Shown: piece after piece, positions 21,341 through 33,900 of the stretch
Numbering within the stretch: the first letter of the stretch is position 1
Layout: every line of letters starts with the position of its first letter
Notes under the pieces: generated by a model
What the model was told of the DNA's origin: nothing
Databases searched by the model: none
Seen by the model: only the letters and a program-made list of their open reading frames with translations
Assembly (NCBI GenBank): GCA_051294905.1
Contig: CM119376.1
Coordinates: forward strand, 29,264,001 to 29,328,000
Direction: 5' to 3'
DNA: 64,000 nt
Source of the DNA: Botryllus schlosseri
Taxonomy: Eukaryota
Translations under genes and position numbers: made by a program

Positions 21341-22066
21341 TAGGGCTCTTCAAAAATGACTTTTTTTTCTCAAACCGCACTGGCTACTTGATAAAATTGT
21401 TAGGTTACCTAATTTAAGTCTACTCACCAAATTTTGTTGAATTTCAACCAGTGGAAGCGGAGTTATTGCCGTCGAAAAATTTGGATTCGAATAAAATAGT
21501 ATTTACGGTTACCAATTCTTTAATTATTTATTATAGTGGTGCCCACCGTAAATACTATTTTATTCAAATCCAAATTTTTTCGACGGCAATAACTCCGCTT
21601 CCACTGGTTGGAATTGAACCAAATTTGGTGTGTAGGCTTAAATTGGGTAACCTTGCAGCGAGGCTTGCGTACTGACTTGAGCATGAGCACTCAATTCCAA
21701 TCCGTAGAAGCTGAGTTATTTGAGTTTTTCTTTGATAATTCGGGGGTTATCCTTGATCGGTGGATAATCCAAGAATTATCATAAAAAAAACTCAAATAAC
21801 TCAGCTTCTATGGGTTGGAATTGAGTCAGATTTGTTTTGCATCGTTTTTGAAGACAGCGCAACAATTTCATAGGGTTGACAGAAAAATTTGAAGAAAAAA
21901 ATATTTTGTATTTTTGGGTAAACTCAAAATTATCAAACTCTACGAAATCCGTGATTATTGGTTGGAATGAATTCAAATTTGGTGTGCGTCGTTTTTCAAG
22001 GCAATCTAACGATTTATTCATGGAGCCAGCAAGATTCCGGAAAAAAGTTTTTTTTTAACAGCCCTA
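21341..22066. mobile_element. MITE family C, long composite copy with internal palindromes
   Basis: TAGGGCTCTTCAAAAA...TTTTAACAGCCCTA. No TSD recognised. Confidence 0.75.
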
Positions 22067-23807
22067 GCGCGTCGTCTTGAAGTAGGTTAGCATACGTCCG
22101 CTTTCTTCAATAAGTGCACTAGGAGGATGCCTGAATGTCTTCTTTTTAGGGAATTTGTATTAAAATGCCATCAACAACTCGACCATTTTCTTTTCCGCCA
22201 TTACAGATTTCAGAGTTTTCAAAAAGTGGCCTCTTTTTTCGATATCAAATATGGTAACACTGCTTGAAGTGCATGCTTGGCACGCTGTGACACTTTAGTC
22301 CTGTGCAAAAAGCGCTAAAACTGTAATTCTCGTCGATAATATAACTCTACATGCTCGATTCAGTTTTGATACTCGAATTATTGTGCCCAGCCCTGGTTGT
22401 TACTTGGCTACTCTGTAATGACGTGGCGTGGCAATGTTGGCGGCATAGCATTTTGAACGGTTTTGTCGCGTTTGTCCAATCATTTTATGTTCAATTCCAC
22501 AAGTTTCTTGAGGCATATCATCCAGGATACCTTCAATCGTGAGACGGACTACTTTTTGAAATGCGCAATTTTCCGCGATTATTTGGCGTTTTAATTCGCC
22601 GCGGGATTTAATTTTGAGCTTTCTTGCTGCGTGTGTTTCTCTCTGTTGGCTTGGAGTAGCATGTTTTTTATGGAATAAACCCAAAGCGAAGTGCCCTCAT
22701 AACGAGGTCGGTTGGTAATTGTATTGCGATAGCTTTGGTACGGGTGACATGCAGATTGCAGTGGTATTCAGCACTGCATGTCACGAGCACGTTCGCCTGG
22801 CAGGAGGTCGCCAGAGAATTCGGTTTTTCGAAAGCTAGTCTTCCAGTGGTCCTCTGGGCCAGTCTCAATGCTAATTTTCCTGACTTTTTACACAGTTTCT
22901 AGTACTATTTTACAGTAATGATAGACCAAACACCAATATTGTGGTAGCTTATGCTATCCTTTGAAGTTACAACAAAATGCCTGTCTTGGCCGAGTATCGA
23001 TTTAAATGACTTGGTCGACTCATAATCAATCGATGACTGGAGTCAAGTCAAGAAAAAAATTAGTTACCGTAGGTACTTTCTTGCGCTTTCACCAAGACTT
23101 TTATGCAACATGTGTTTACTTCCAAAAAAATACTGTACCCTTAAAAGTGGTTTTCTGACAGATTGCCCTATCTTCTTGATCGTTATTGCAAATATTGTTC
23201 GAAATTCTCTGTAACATATTGGCCATTTTAGATGCAAAAATCTGTCGCAATTTTCGAAATTGGCAAATCTATTGGTTGGATCAGTTGGATCGAGCATCTT
23301 GACGGTTGCATATAACTTCCTGTGAACGATTTCGTGAACTCGTTAAAAATGATCATTTCTTGACAGCAAAAGTGAAGTAAACCCTGAAGAATTCACGGAC
23401 TGAATCTGAAGAATAAATTCGATTTATTGTTTTTGTGTCTGTTCTTGTAACTTTTGCTCGCAACTACCACAGGAATGTAAAACATCGTCAAACTCAAACG
23501 TAACAATTTTACTTTCGCAAGTGTCGGCGATACCAGAGGCGTGAATAAGTCATACAGAATGTGTTGAGACATTACAACCCTGCTGGAACCATGCCTGCTG
23601 TTGCTGTCTGACATAGAATGCAAAATAGTATTGCATGTTTATTTGGAGTTCAAGAGTATGAACAGGATTGCATGTTTAGATTTGTAAACTAGAATTACTC
23701 GATAAGAAAAAAGCAATTGCATATAATCATAATACTCGTCAGATATATTTTAATCCGCCCATTACACAATGCGATGTAATTTGCCACGGAATAATATTAT
23801 CAAGGCA

Positions 23808-24757
23808 TTACAGTCCAGACTTGATTTTGAAACCCTGACCATACAGTTCTATCTCAACCTGACATGCAACTAGCGAATTTCTTTTAACGTGAAACTTGTA
23901 AACATTTGACTCCTGTTCCGTTTGCCAGACGCAGGTCTCAATCACGTTGCTCATCAAGAGTTCGCTGATGTAAAGCAAAGACATTCTCCGAATTTTATGA
24001 TCCAATAAGGAACCTTTTTTTCCGAACGTCGTAGCAGCAAATGCGTCACCCAAGCAGTCGTAACAAAGATTTGCGTAAACCGCCTGATTAACATGATTGT
24101 TACGATCGGTTTGTGATGCACTGATTTTGCAGACGCTAGTAAAAATTCTGCCGTCATATGGCAGACACGGATATTCTTTCTGGCATTGAGGAGCACTTCG
24201 CTGTATTTTATAACGCTGTGCACATCTCTCAGGTGTGAAATATCTAGTCAATGACTGTGAAAAAGCAGTCGGGCGTCTAGTTGCGGGATCGATATTCACT
24301 CTCAAAACTGAGGACAGTAGTAGCACATCTTTGGTATTGTGATCCACGACAGTATCTTCTAAGAATTGAGACGATTTTCCGATTGGTAAAAGTTGATGAT
24401 GTAATGTGATTTTTCGATTTATGAAATCTATGTAAGAGCCACCCTCTTGGGAATCGGTGGTTTTATAATAAAATTGCGGCAGGATTTCGATTTGTTGCCA
24501 CTTTATAAAAAACATGTTCTGATAACTCTCTTCGGCTTTGTCGGCGATATCTTGCGTGAGTTTGGCAGCCGACGCTCGAGCGCTTTCACACATCTTCAAG
24601 ATTGAGTGTGGCGATGTTTGCCCTGCCAAAATACACTCTTCAGCTCGTTTCTTCGAGATTATATTGATTGGCGGAACTTACCTCCGCCGATGATACTTCC
24701 GTAGTTCAAATGTTGCATTGTGATTTCACAATGAGCATCTCCGTATTGTATTTCCAT
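23808..24757 (-). CDS. Acyl-ACP/acyl-CoA thioesterase-like double-hotdog protein, paralog 1. Exons 24757-24682 and 24622-23808, 296 aa
   Basis: SQTDRNNHVNQAVY resembles the FatA/FatB-type DxNxHVNN motif, followed by Y-x-x-E. 59-bp phase-1 GT-AG intron after codon 25. C-terminus KIKSGL. Confidence 0.8.
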
Positions 24758-25101
24758 GACGCTTTATAAGTTTCAGGGCTAGCATGAACAAGAGCCCTTT
24801 GGTTAATAAATTATATTTTCTAAGAAATTATTTTCTGTTGGTAAATCATCACAATTTACAAATAAATCAAAAACAATATGAAACTTGAAATAATCTGGTT
24901 GGACGGGGACGTAGCTTACACATCATAATTCATAACCTTCGGAATATCATAAATTTTGTAATACAATTGACATTACAAATGTAATTTGTGGATATTTTAC
25001 TTCATTCCATTTTCATTTAAATACAATACCGGTACTCACAAACCAAATTGTAGGGAATCCATACAGAAGGGCATTCCATCTATTACAAATTGGTACAAAG
25101 A

Positions 25102-25477
25102 TAGGGTTACCATATTTTGGAAATCTGGACACTTCCAAAAATTTTCAAATATACAATACTGGAGTAAAATCGTAAAAAATGGATAATTTTTCCCGACTTT
25201 GTGGCTGGTTGACTAAAAAAAGGTAATTTTTCAGACTCGGCTCCAGAAATTCACACTTTCACTAAAAAAAAAGGTCAAGTTGCATGCTCAGCTCCCAAAA
25301 TAGCGGCCGCAGCGTTACTTCAATGCTGATTTAATGTATATCAGTCGAATTTTACCCTATATTTAACCAAAATTTTCAAAAAAGCGGACAAAATCCCCAA
25401 AAAAAGGACAGTTGGACGTCCTCCGAGGACACTTTCAAAAGAGTCAAAAAAGGGGACGTATGGTAGGCCTAACCCTA
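25102..25477. mobile_element. MITE family E (TIR TAGGGTTACCAT) with a 6-bp insertion in the right TIR
   Basis: Flanks TACAAAGA / TACAAAGG (7/8). Fragments of the same end occur at 7781-7792 and 17848-17859. Confidence 0.75.
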
Positions 25478-25951
25478 TACAAAGGTGACCCAGTATATCA
25501 TTCAATATAAATTGCAGTAAATTGCCAATTGAAAACTCTCAAAAAAAAGCATAGAAATTATGATTGCTCCATACCTCATCACAACAAAGTATTAATGTGA
25601 CATAAAGAATCAAAATGAACATTGATGGGGTTCTACAATAATAAGGCACATAATTATGAAAAAAAAACTAGTGATAATAGGAGAACACATTATCTATGCG
25701 GCATAGTCAAATCACATACAGAATATATTCAAAGAGGCAAAAATGAAATGTTATAGAGTACAGTACACACATGAAACAAATTAGGGACCGATAGATAAAC
25801 CTTCCTCGCCCACTAGTAGGCCTATAGATCTTATGAATAATATATTCACACATAATATATTCGCACAAATTGACATACAGTTGGCCGACATGATTAATTG
25901 GCAAGTTTCGCTATGTTGCATGAGTTACAAATGCGATTTCATGGAATTCTC

Positions 25952-26876
25952 TCATGGAAATAGCTCAATTTCCACCTGACACACGATGACCGAGCCCTTT
26001 TTCACATTAAACTTGTAGACTAATGGGTTTGCATCATCTTGCCAAACAAAAGTATTAATTTTATCTCTGTAAACGACCTCATTCAGAAATAGAAATGACA
26101 TTCTGGAAATTTCATGGTCAAGAATTGAACTAGTTTTGCCAAATGCAGATTTAGCGAACGCTTCCCCTAAACAGCTGTAGCAAACATCAAGAAAAGAAGC
26201 TTGATTCGCATGATTATTTGCGTCGAGTTGGCGGATATTTATTTGACATTCATTCATGAACATTTTATCTTCACTGGGTTGACATGGAAACAAACATTGA
26301 CCAGCGAGTCTCATTTCTTGCGGAATTTTTATGTGCTTTACACATTTTTGAGCTGTGTAGTGGTCTTTGAAGGACAGTGGAAATGGTTTTGGGCGTCTGG
26401 TAGTCGGGTCAACATTGACATTTAGAAGTGTTGCGATAAATAATGGGGATTCATTTTCAAGGTCAAAAGCAGTCACTTCTCGTAATTGAGATGAATTCCT
26501 GATAGGTGAACAGCATACACACAGTTTAATCTGCCTATTTACCAAATCTATGTAAGAATGTAGACTGGAGGGGTCAATCTTTTTGTAAAATTCTGGCAAA
26601 ATTTGAATTTGCTGCCACTTCAAAAAAATTGTTCTGCTGGCTTCATCTCCGTGTACCGGTAGAGTTCTGTCGATACGATATATAGAAGCATTGCCAAATT
26701 CAACGAACTTGAGGATCGAACGAGGAGATATCTGTTCTGAAATGTCACGTAATTTCTAATGAAAACGACTGATGAAAATAAAAAATACACCAAATCTCAC
26801 TTCCTCCGATGATATCTCCGTAATGAAAATGCTTTATCGTGACTTCACAATGTGTGTCCCCTGTTTTCACTTCCAT
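25952..26876 (-). CDS. Thioesterase-like paralog 2. Exons 26876-26801 and 26736-25952, 286 aa to the UGA stop
   Basis: RQLDANNHANQASF motif and the same phase-1 intron (64 bp). Roughly 70% amino-acid identity to paralog 3 by eye. Confidence 0.8.
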
Positions 26877-29205
26877 GGCACCAGATTGTAGATCAGTTCT
26901 GCGTAATAGAGTAAATGAGTTTGCACTAGCAATCGTAATTCTTACCCCGGTAGACCCAGAATTGCACAAAATGGTCAACATTTGACTGTTTCTGATTGAA
27001 GTTCATGTGAAAATACTGTTGGTACTCTATGTCAGCGCTATACCATTGAAATTGTAGAAGTATGTTTGAAATTAAAAAAACTATTTCCACTTGACCTGTG
27101 TTGCTGTAGCACTGCAAGTTCTTGCACGAGATAAGTAGTTTATGATACTATGATGTAGTTTGTTAGTTGATGGTTTCTGGCAAACTTATATGCCTGGTAG
27201 GCATAAACTAATATTTATTTTTAACTTGTAGTACGGAAGAAGGTTCCAGTTGGTGCCTGAGCTTTGTGCGAAGTATTATATATATATAAGAATGATATAA
27301 ATTAAAAAGATATAAACTCATCTATCGAGTATACGCATTATTATAGAGCCAACAGTGTGAAGCTGGAATTTATAGGACTGCTGCAGTGTTTTTCTGCTAG
27401 GTTCAATCAGCTCGGAAGCAGATGTCGAACCTATGGTATAGAAATGAGTAGATTTGGTGTGAGTTGACGGTTGATTGCAACGTAACACATAAGTAATGTT
27501 TTTTGGTGCATGCATTGGCAGATAAATGCATTTCTCACGCTCTATCTTACTCTAGCAGCCATTGAAACGCATTCTATATCTTAATGCCTATAACAGCAGG
27601 AATTCACCGAAAATGAAGTACTTACATCTTCTAGTTTTCCTATGAAAACTTTCAGCCAGTTTGACCAATTCCTACTACATCAAAAGTCAGACTTGAAGCA
27701 ATAATAATGTAGGCCTATCGGTCATTATAACATGATTCTGAAGCAACAAGAATTCAAAAATCATAAATATGGCACACATAAACATTGAACTTCTATCAAC
27801 AGCGATAAATCAGGAATGAAGATGTTGGCAACAATTATTTCGTCTAAAAGTCAATGTGACACAACTCACAAGGCTTCTTTATGTTATGTGCAAAACCACA
27901 TATATCATATAGGTTGCAGTAACCAAGCCAGCAATGCACATGAAATGGAATGTACTCAACGCGCATCTCAGATGAACATTATAAATGATTGCAGAAATGT
28001 ATTTGCTACTTTTATCTCATTAGTGTTGCATGCACATTGTACAATGTACATGCCCCCTTGAGATAATAATTTACATTGTCTTAAAAAGAATTTGCTGGCG
28101 AATCATCACAATTTATAAACATATCAAACTTGAAATATAATCTGGTTGTACATACAGAGGACTACATCCTTATAATTTGTAATCCAATAACTTTGGTCAA
28201 GATGGCCAATTGGTAATAATTCTAATATTACAAAAGTAAGTTGCGTATATTTCACTACATTCCATTTCCATTTATATACAATTCCCACAAAACAAATAAT
28301 ATTGAATAAATCAATCAGGGCGAAAAGCATTGATTTCGTTTAATAGCAAATTAGTTTAAAGGTAACGCAGTACAGCATTCAAAATAAAGAGAAGTATGTT
28401 TTCAAAAAAATAGCACAAAGATAGCAGATTGCCTAACACTTCATAACAACAAAGTGATTAATATTACTGTAGTCAAAATGAAGATTAATTGGGTTATCCT
28501 AAAGACCACTGTAAAGTCGACTCAATCTAAACCAACACGGACAGTAAGTTGATAATAATGTGGTCACTATATAGACTGGGGACATCAGACTTGGACAAAC
28601 CATTCATTTAGTTAGTTGACAGTCAACTAACCAACAGCTTTTTGAGTAGTTCAAGTTGTGGATATTGAAATTTCAGTAGTTCTAGTTTCACATTTGATAA
28701 AAATATCAGTTGCCAAACAGCTAGAAAACATGTGTCGTCGTTTTATGTGAATCGAGATTCCGTTGAATGTTTGTGCTCTGCGCAGCCATCGCTAGCTTAT
28801 AGCCATCGCTACTAAAAGTGGCGTAGCCAGAGGGTGGGTATTTGGGGTCGATATCTCTCCCATTTCAAACAGATAACACTGTCCTTTGAAATGTAGACTA
28901 TACGTCTGATATTTCGAATAAAATAATAATAATGTGTTGCCTCGGAGAATGAAATCCAGTTCAGTACGGGTCTAACATTTATTGGCTGAAGGTAGTTAGT
29001 TCTAGTTCTGGCTCTAGATGTGGCTTTTGAAAAATGAGTAGTTCTAGTTGCAGATTTTTAAAACTGAGCAGTTCTAGTTTCAGTTCCACTTGCCGTTTTG
29101 AAAATCCCATAGTTTGTACAAGTCTGGGGGACATATCAATATCACTACAGTATTGAAAAATCAATTGAAGAATATACTCAAAGGAACGAGATTGATAGTT
29201 TACAG

Positions 29206-29819
29206 CATTGGTTCTCAAACTGAGGGAGGCCTTGGGGGCGTGAAAGCATCTGAGGGGAGGCGCGAAGCTGCCTGAGAAAAATGATGTTTCTTGAACTAGG
29301 AATAAGTTTAATTTGTGCCGAAACATACAATTTTCAACAATGGCAATAATCCTGATTATATTTCGATTTTAAATGTTATGAATTGGTCGTACCATCCACA
29401 CACTGATGTTAGATTTTGACTGATACTGAACCTTGCGGTAATCAGAAGATGTCCGTGAATGAAGTATAACTGATCACGTACGTTTGAGGCGTTGAGCTAA
29501 GCTCAAGTGGGGGGATAGATTGAATTAGGCACCAAAATAGTTAAAATATCTATGTACCACGTGCTATCATTGCACATGATTCAATATTCAACTAGGAATT
29601 TTTTCGCGCACTGCAGGATTTGAATCTGGCTCATAATTATTGCTGTGTTTAGTCCGAATATACCATTTTTGAGAATTGTCTTAACAGCCATAACACCGTC
29701 CATGCCACGAAGCAATGCAATGGTTCCTCTTTTTAATATTTTATGATATGACGATAAGGGGGCGTGACATTTTTCACTAACATCAAGGGGGTGTGTCGAA
29801 AAATGTTTGAGAACCACTG
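29206..29819. mobile_element. Buster-type hAT MITE (family A variant)
   Basis: CATTGGTTCTCAAAC...GTTTGAGAACCACTG with perfect TSD GTTTACAG. Confidence 0.88.
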
Positions 29820-29955
29820 GTTTACAGGGTAAAGTACACACATGACAGTGATTAAGAACCGAGAGATAAAATTTCAATACCCACTATCATAAATTTTCTG
29901 GCGGAAATTGACACGCAGTACACAATTTCTTAAAACATTGCTCTTCTTGACTGTG

Positions 29956-30911
29956 TTACAAATGCGATTTCCTGGAATTCTCCTGTGCAAATAGCTCAAT
30001 TTCAACCTGACACACGATCACCGAGCCTTTTTTGACATGAAACTTATAAATCAATGGATTCGCACCATCCTGCCAGACAAAGGTAATAATTTTGTCCATG
30101 TAGTTTGCCTCGTTGAGATAAAGAAATGACATTCTGGAAATTTCATGATGAAAAATCAAACCGGTTTTGCCAAATGCTGAGTTAGCAAACGCTTCACCTA
30201 AACAGTTGTAGCAAATTTCAGCATAAGCAGCTTGATTTGCATGATTATTTACGTCAATTTGACGGATATTTATTTGATATTCATTCACAAATATTCCATC
30301 TTCATTGGGTGGACATGCAAACAACGATTGCCCACGCAATTTCATTTCCTGGGATAATTTTATGCGTTTCTGACATTTTTCAGCTGTGTAGTGGTCTTTC
30401 AAGGACTGAGGAAATGGTTTCGGTCGTCTGGTAGTTGTGTCAACATTGACCGACAGAGCGGTTGCGATGAATAATGGAGATTCACTTTTAAGATCAAAAA
30501 CCATCACTTCACGCATTTGAGACGAATTCCTAATTGGCAGACTGCATACACGCACCTTCATTTGCCTATTCACCAAATCTATATAAGAAGGTGGACTAGA
30601 GGGTTCAATCTTATTTTTGTAAAATTCCGGCAAAATTTGAATTTGCTGCCACTTGAGAAAAACTGATCTGATGGCTTCATCTCCGTATACCGGAAGAGTT
30701 CTGTTGATCAGATGTACAGCAGAGTTGCCAACTTCAATCGCCTTGAGGATGGAATATGGAGATATCTGTTCTGAAATCGTAATTTCTTATGAAAACTGTG
30801 CAACTTATGAATATCAAAAATACACTGAACCTTACTTCCTCCGATGATATCTCCGTAATGAAAATGCTTTATTGTGACTTCAACATGCGTGTCCCCTACT
30901 TTCACTTCCAT
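29956..30911 (-). CDS. Thioesterase-like paralog 3. Exons 30911-30836 and 30770-29956, 296 aa
   Basis: RQIDVNNHANQAAY motif and the same phase-1 intron (65 bp). C-terminus ENSRKSHL is a PTS1-class signal. Confidence 0.82.
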
Positions 30912-33900
30912 GGCACGAAATTGTCAATCAGTTCTGCATGCAATAATCGTCATTCCCAACCTAATTGACTCGGAACTACACACACATTTTACCATTTCTG
31001 AATAAAGTTTGACACCAAGTTATGTAAGATGTCGTTAGTACCCTAGATCACGGTTTTTCAAACGGCCTCAACTTCAGATAGCTTGCAAGGGTATACATTG
31101 ATGGGCCATCACCACAGTGGTTAAGACATAAATTAAAAACTCAACATCATAGTCTGTAAAAGTTAGTAGTTTCGTATATGATCCTTGCAGTTTTGCTATT
31201 ATGCTGCATGTGTGGTTTGTCGGTATCTGATTTGTACGAAGCTTACATGCATTGCAGCGAGTTGAGTACATGACGTCATTGTCAGATCTGGAAACCTCAT
31301 GCCAAACATGACCAACATTTACTGGTACTCAGTCGGCGAGTTATTCTACGTCACTGCATGAGGACCTTCATTCTTCACATAAGCACAAAATTTCAATACA
31401 AGCATGGGAAATATTCTTCATAAAAATCTTTTTTGTGAATAGGTCCTCTTTGAAAACTAGATGATCTCTGTCCGATGCTTTGTCTTACAATAGCAATTGG
31501 CAGGGTTGACCGAGCAAAGACTCGATTCACGATTTTTTAGCGAATCGAGTCGTTTTTTTCAAATCCGTTAAGTGACTCGAGACTAGGACAGCCTGGACAG
31601 ACATTTCATTGTAACTTTGAAGAATAGTAAAATCACCACTTGGAAAATAGGACCAGTAACTGTTAGGACTGAGGAAAATTACGATATTATGAATGAAAGC
31701 CATTCTATATCAGTTGAGCAGAGTCGAAAAAAAGTTTGTCTAAACCAGTGGTTCCCAACCTTTTTCGACCCATCGCCCCCTTTTCAAGGTTATCACCGAT
31801 CATCGCCCCCCAAATTTTGTGTACCGAAAATTGGGCATACAAACTGTAATCACCGGCGGGTTGACTAAAATAAAAAAAAAAGGTCAAATTTTCGGCTCTA
31901 TGTCTAATCATCATTGGTTTATTATCAATTTTATCAGTTCAATACACCACAAAAAATGCGATACGAAGAAAAGAAAGGAAGATGTCGAAGTGACTAGGAG
32001 TTGTCTATGGAACCGGACACCCACCTTGGCCTAGGCGATGTAAAGAGGAGGCATGCACACTGAATGAAAGTAAAGAAGATAGTATAGAAAAAGGAAGCGA
32101 CAAGAAATAGGGCGGCATGTCATGGGAAGCGAGATCGATTTGTCAGTCGTGGTCCGGTAATCTTGAGGATGAACTGTATTTATTTAGTAGTAATTGCTTG
32201 TATTTCGACTTGAATGTGGACATGTTCGTCGACTGCCGGATGTTCAAATTGGCATTGTTCTAAACAATCGCAGCGACGCAGCACAATGACCATAACAATG
32301 GCCCTTGCGTGGTTGCGATTGTTCAGAACAATGCCGATTTTCAGACTTTGAGGTGTATTTCAAGGGGGTTCCATTGCCCCAATTAGATTTTATTGTATAT
32401 TTTCGGAATCAGTGCGACAGTAGCTTTCAAATAAGATCAACTTCATTGAATTTAAGCACGTGGGTCGTCAGCTATGGGACTAGCAATTATGTTGAGTTCA
32501 GATTGCTGAGCAGTAATTCCCTCCGGGCAAGCAAGCGTGACGACGGGTGTTGCGTATCTATCCGTAGGTTAGTTATCTATAGTATATTCAACCTATTGAC
32601 TGCACACTAAACATACATAATCCACTAGCTGTAAAACAACTGTTTCTGATCTGTAAAACATGGAGAGTGCTCCAGTTCCAGTGGATGGATGAGATGCTTT
32701 CTGCATGCCCATTATTTGAAAGAAATGTAGGATAGGGCATATGTACCACCTCAGCTAAAAAAACACCTATTGCATGTCTGTCTAATTACACGGTCAAGTT
32801 TAAACTTGAATTCATAGGACCGCTGTAGCGTTTTTCTGCTAGGTTTGATCAGTGTGGAAGCAGATGTTGAAGCGATGGCGTAGCAATGGCTGCCCACTGA
32901 CTCCAGCAAATTGGGTATGAATGAAATGACATGTAGCGCAATTTTAACGTCACCAGAAAGCGATTAAGCACCACCGCTGTAAATGCTCATTGCTCAATCT
33001 TAGTCTTGCTTGCATTGAAACTTCCTTAATCTCTATCCAGAAAGCAAAGTACTTACATCTTCCGCTTTTCCTACAACACCTTCCCGGCAGTTCGGCCAAT
33101 TCCTAACTACAATAATATGAGAGTCAGTTTCAGACAAAATGTAATTAAAGAGATGATTCTAAAACAAAGATTTTATACAATTTATGATAAATACCATGGC
33201 ACACATAAATACAGAACTTCAAGCAAAAGCAAAAATATGTCGACCAATTTGATTTTGGCAACAAACATACTGTACAAAAGCAAATGCTTCAAGATTTTAG
33301 GCGCCAAAGACAATGGAATACAGCGTACAGCAGCCAAAATTGAATTCATAGAGTGCGCAAAGTAAAATGTACTATAGAGGCGTCACATGAGAGCAGCAAT
33401 ATGGCAGCGATGTATTTGTTACTATATATTTGGCGTGGGGCCTATAATTCAATACAAGCTGCCTCAATTTACTGGAATAGGCAAGCCACCCGTGTTCAAA
33501 ACCAACTTCCATAGCTAGTTGTACTGTCACGCTTATGATGGCAAAATGTCTTTCCTATAATCAATGTCAGTTCGAAAAACATTCATGTTATCATAATCTA
33601 AATTAGGATTTGATTTTTTCCTAGGGTTTATCTATGTAGACTAACCTGTAACATAGAATTCCTCCGGCGCAATAATTAAATAATACTATCGATAAACATA
33701 AAGTAAATAGGTAAATTACATATGACCATGTCAAACATAACTAAGTTATTAAAATTCCAGACAGGGAACATGTAGATATATTGTACAATGTAGTTGACAT
33801 TTCTATAAACAGTCTTGAGGTCACTTCTTGAAATATATGAAAGCTATTCTATGCCAGGAACATGCGACCGTTGCACACAACACCGTTTAGTGACCCCAAC

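Noticed and set aside
25952-25954. Selenocysteine recoding of the paralog 2 UGA
   Set aside because: The position aligns with Gln, not Cys, it lies outside the active site, and I could not identify a SECIS element.
28124-28330. 68-aa ORF (GIVYKWKWN...) between paralogs
   Set aside because: The homologous copy near 24850-25030 has several stops in that frame, so it is best read as duplicated non-coding flank.
23808-30911. Bacterial contamination as the source of the thioesterase-like ORFs
   Set aside because: All three have a shared spliceosomal intron and are interleaved with host MITEs.
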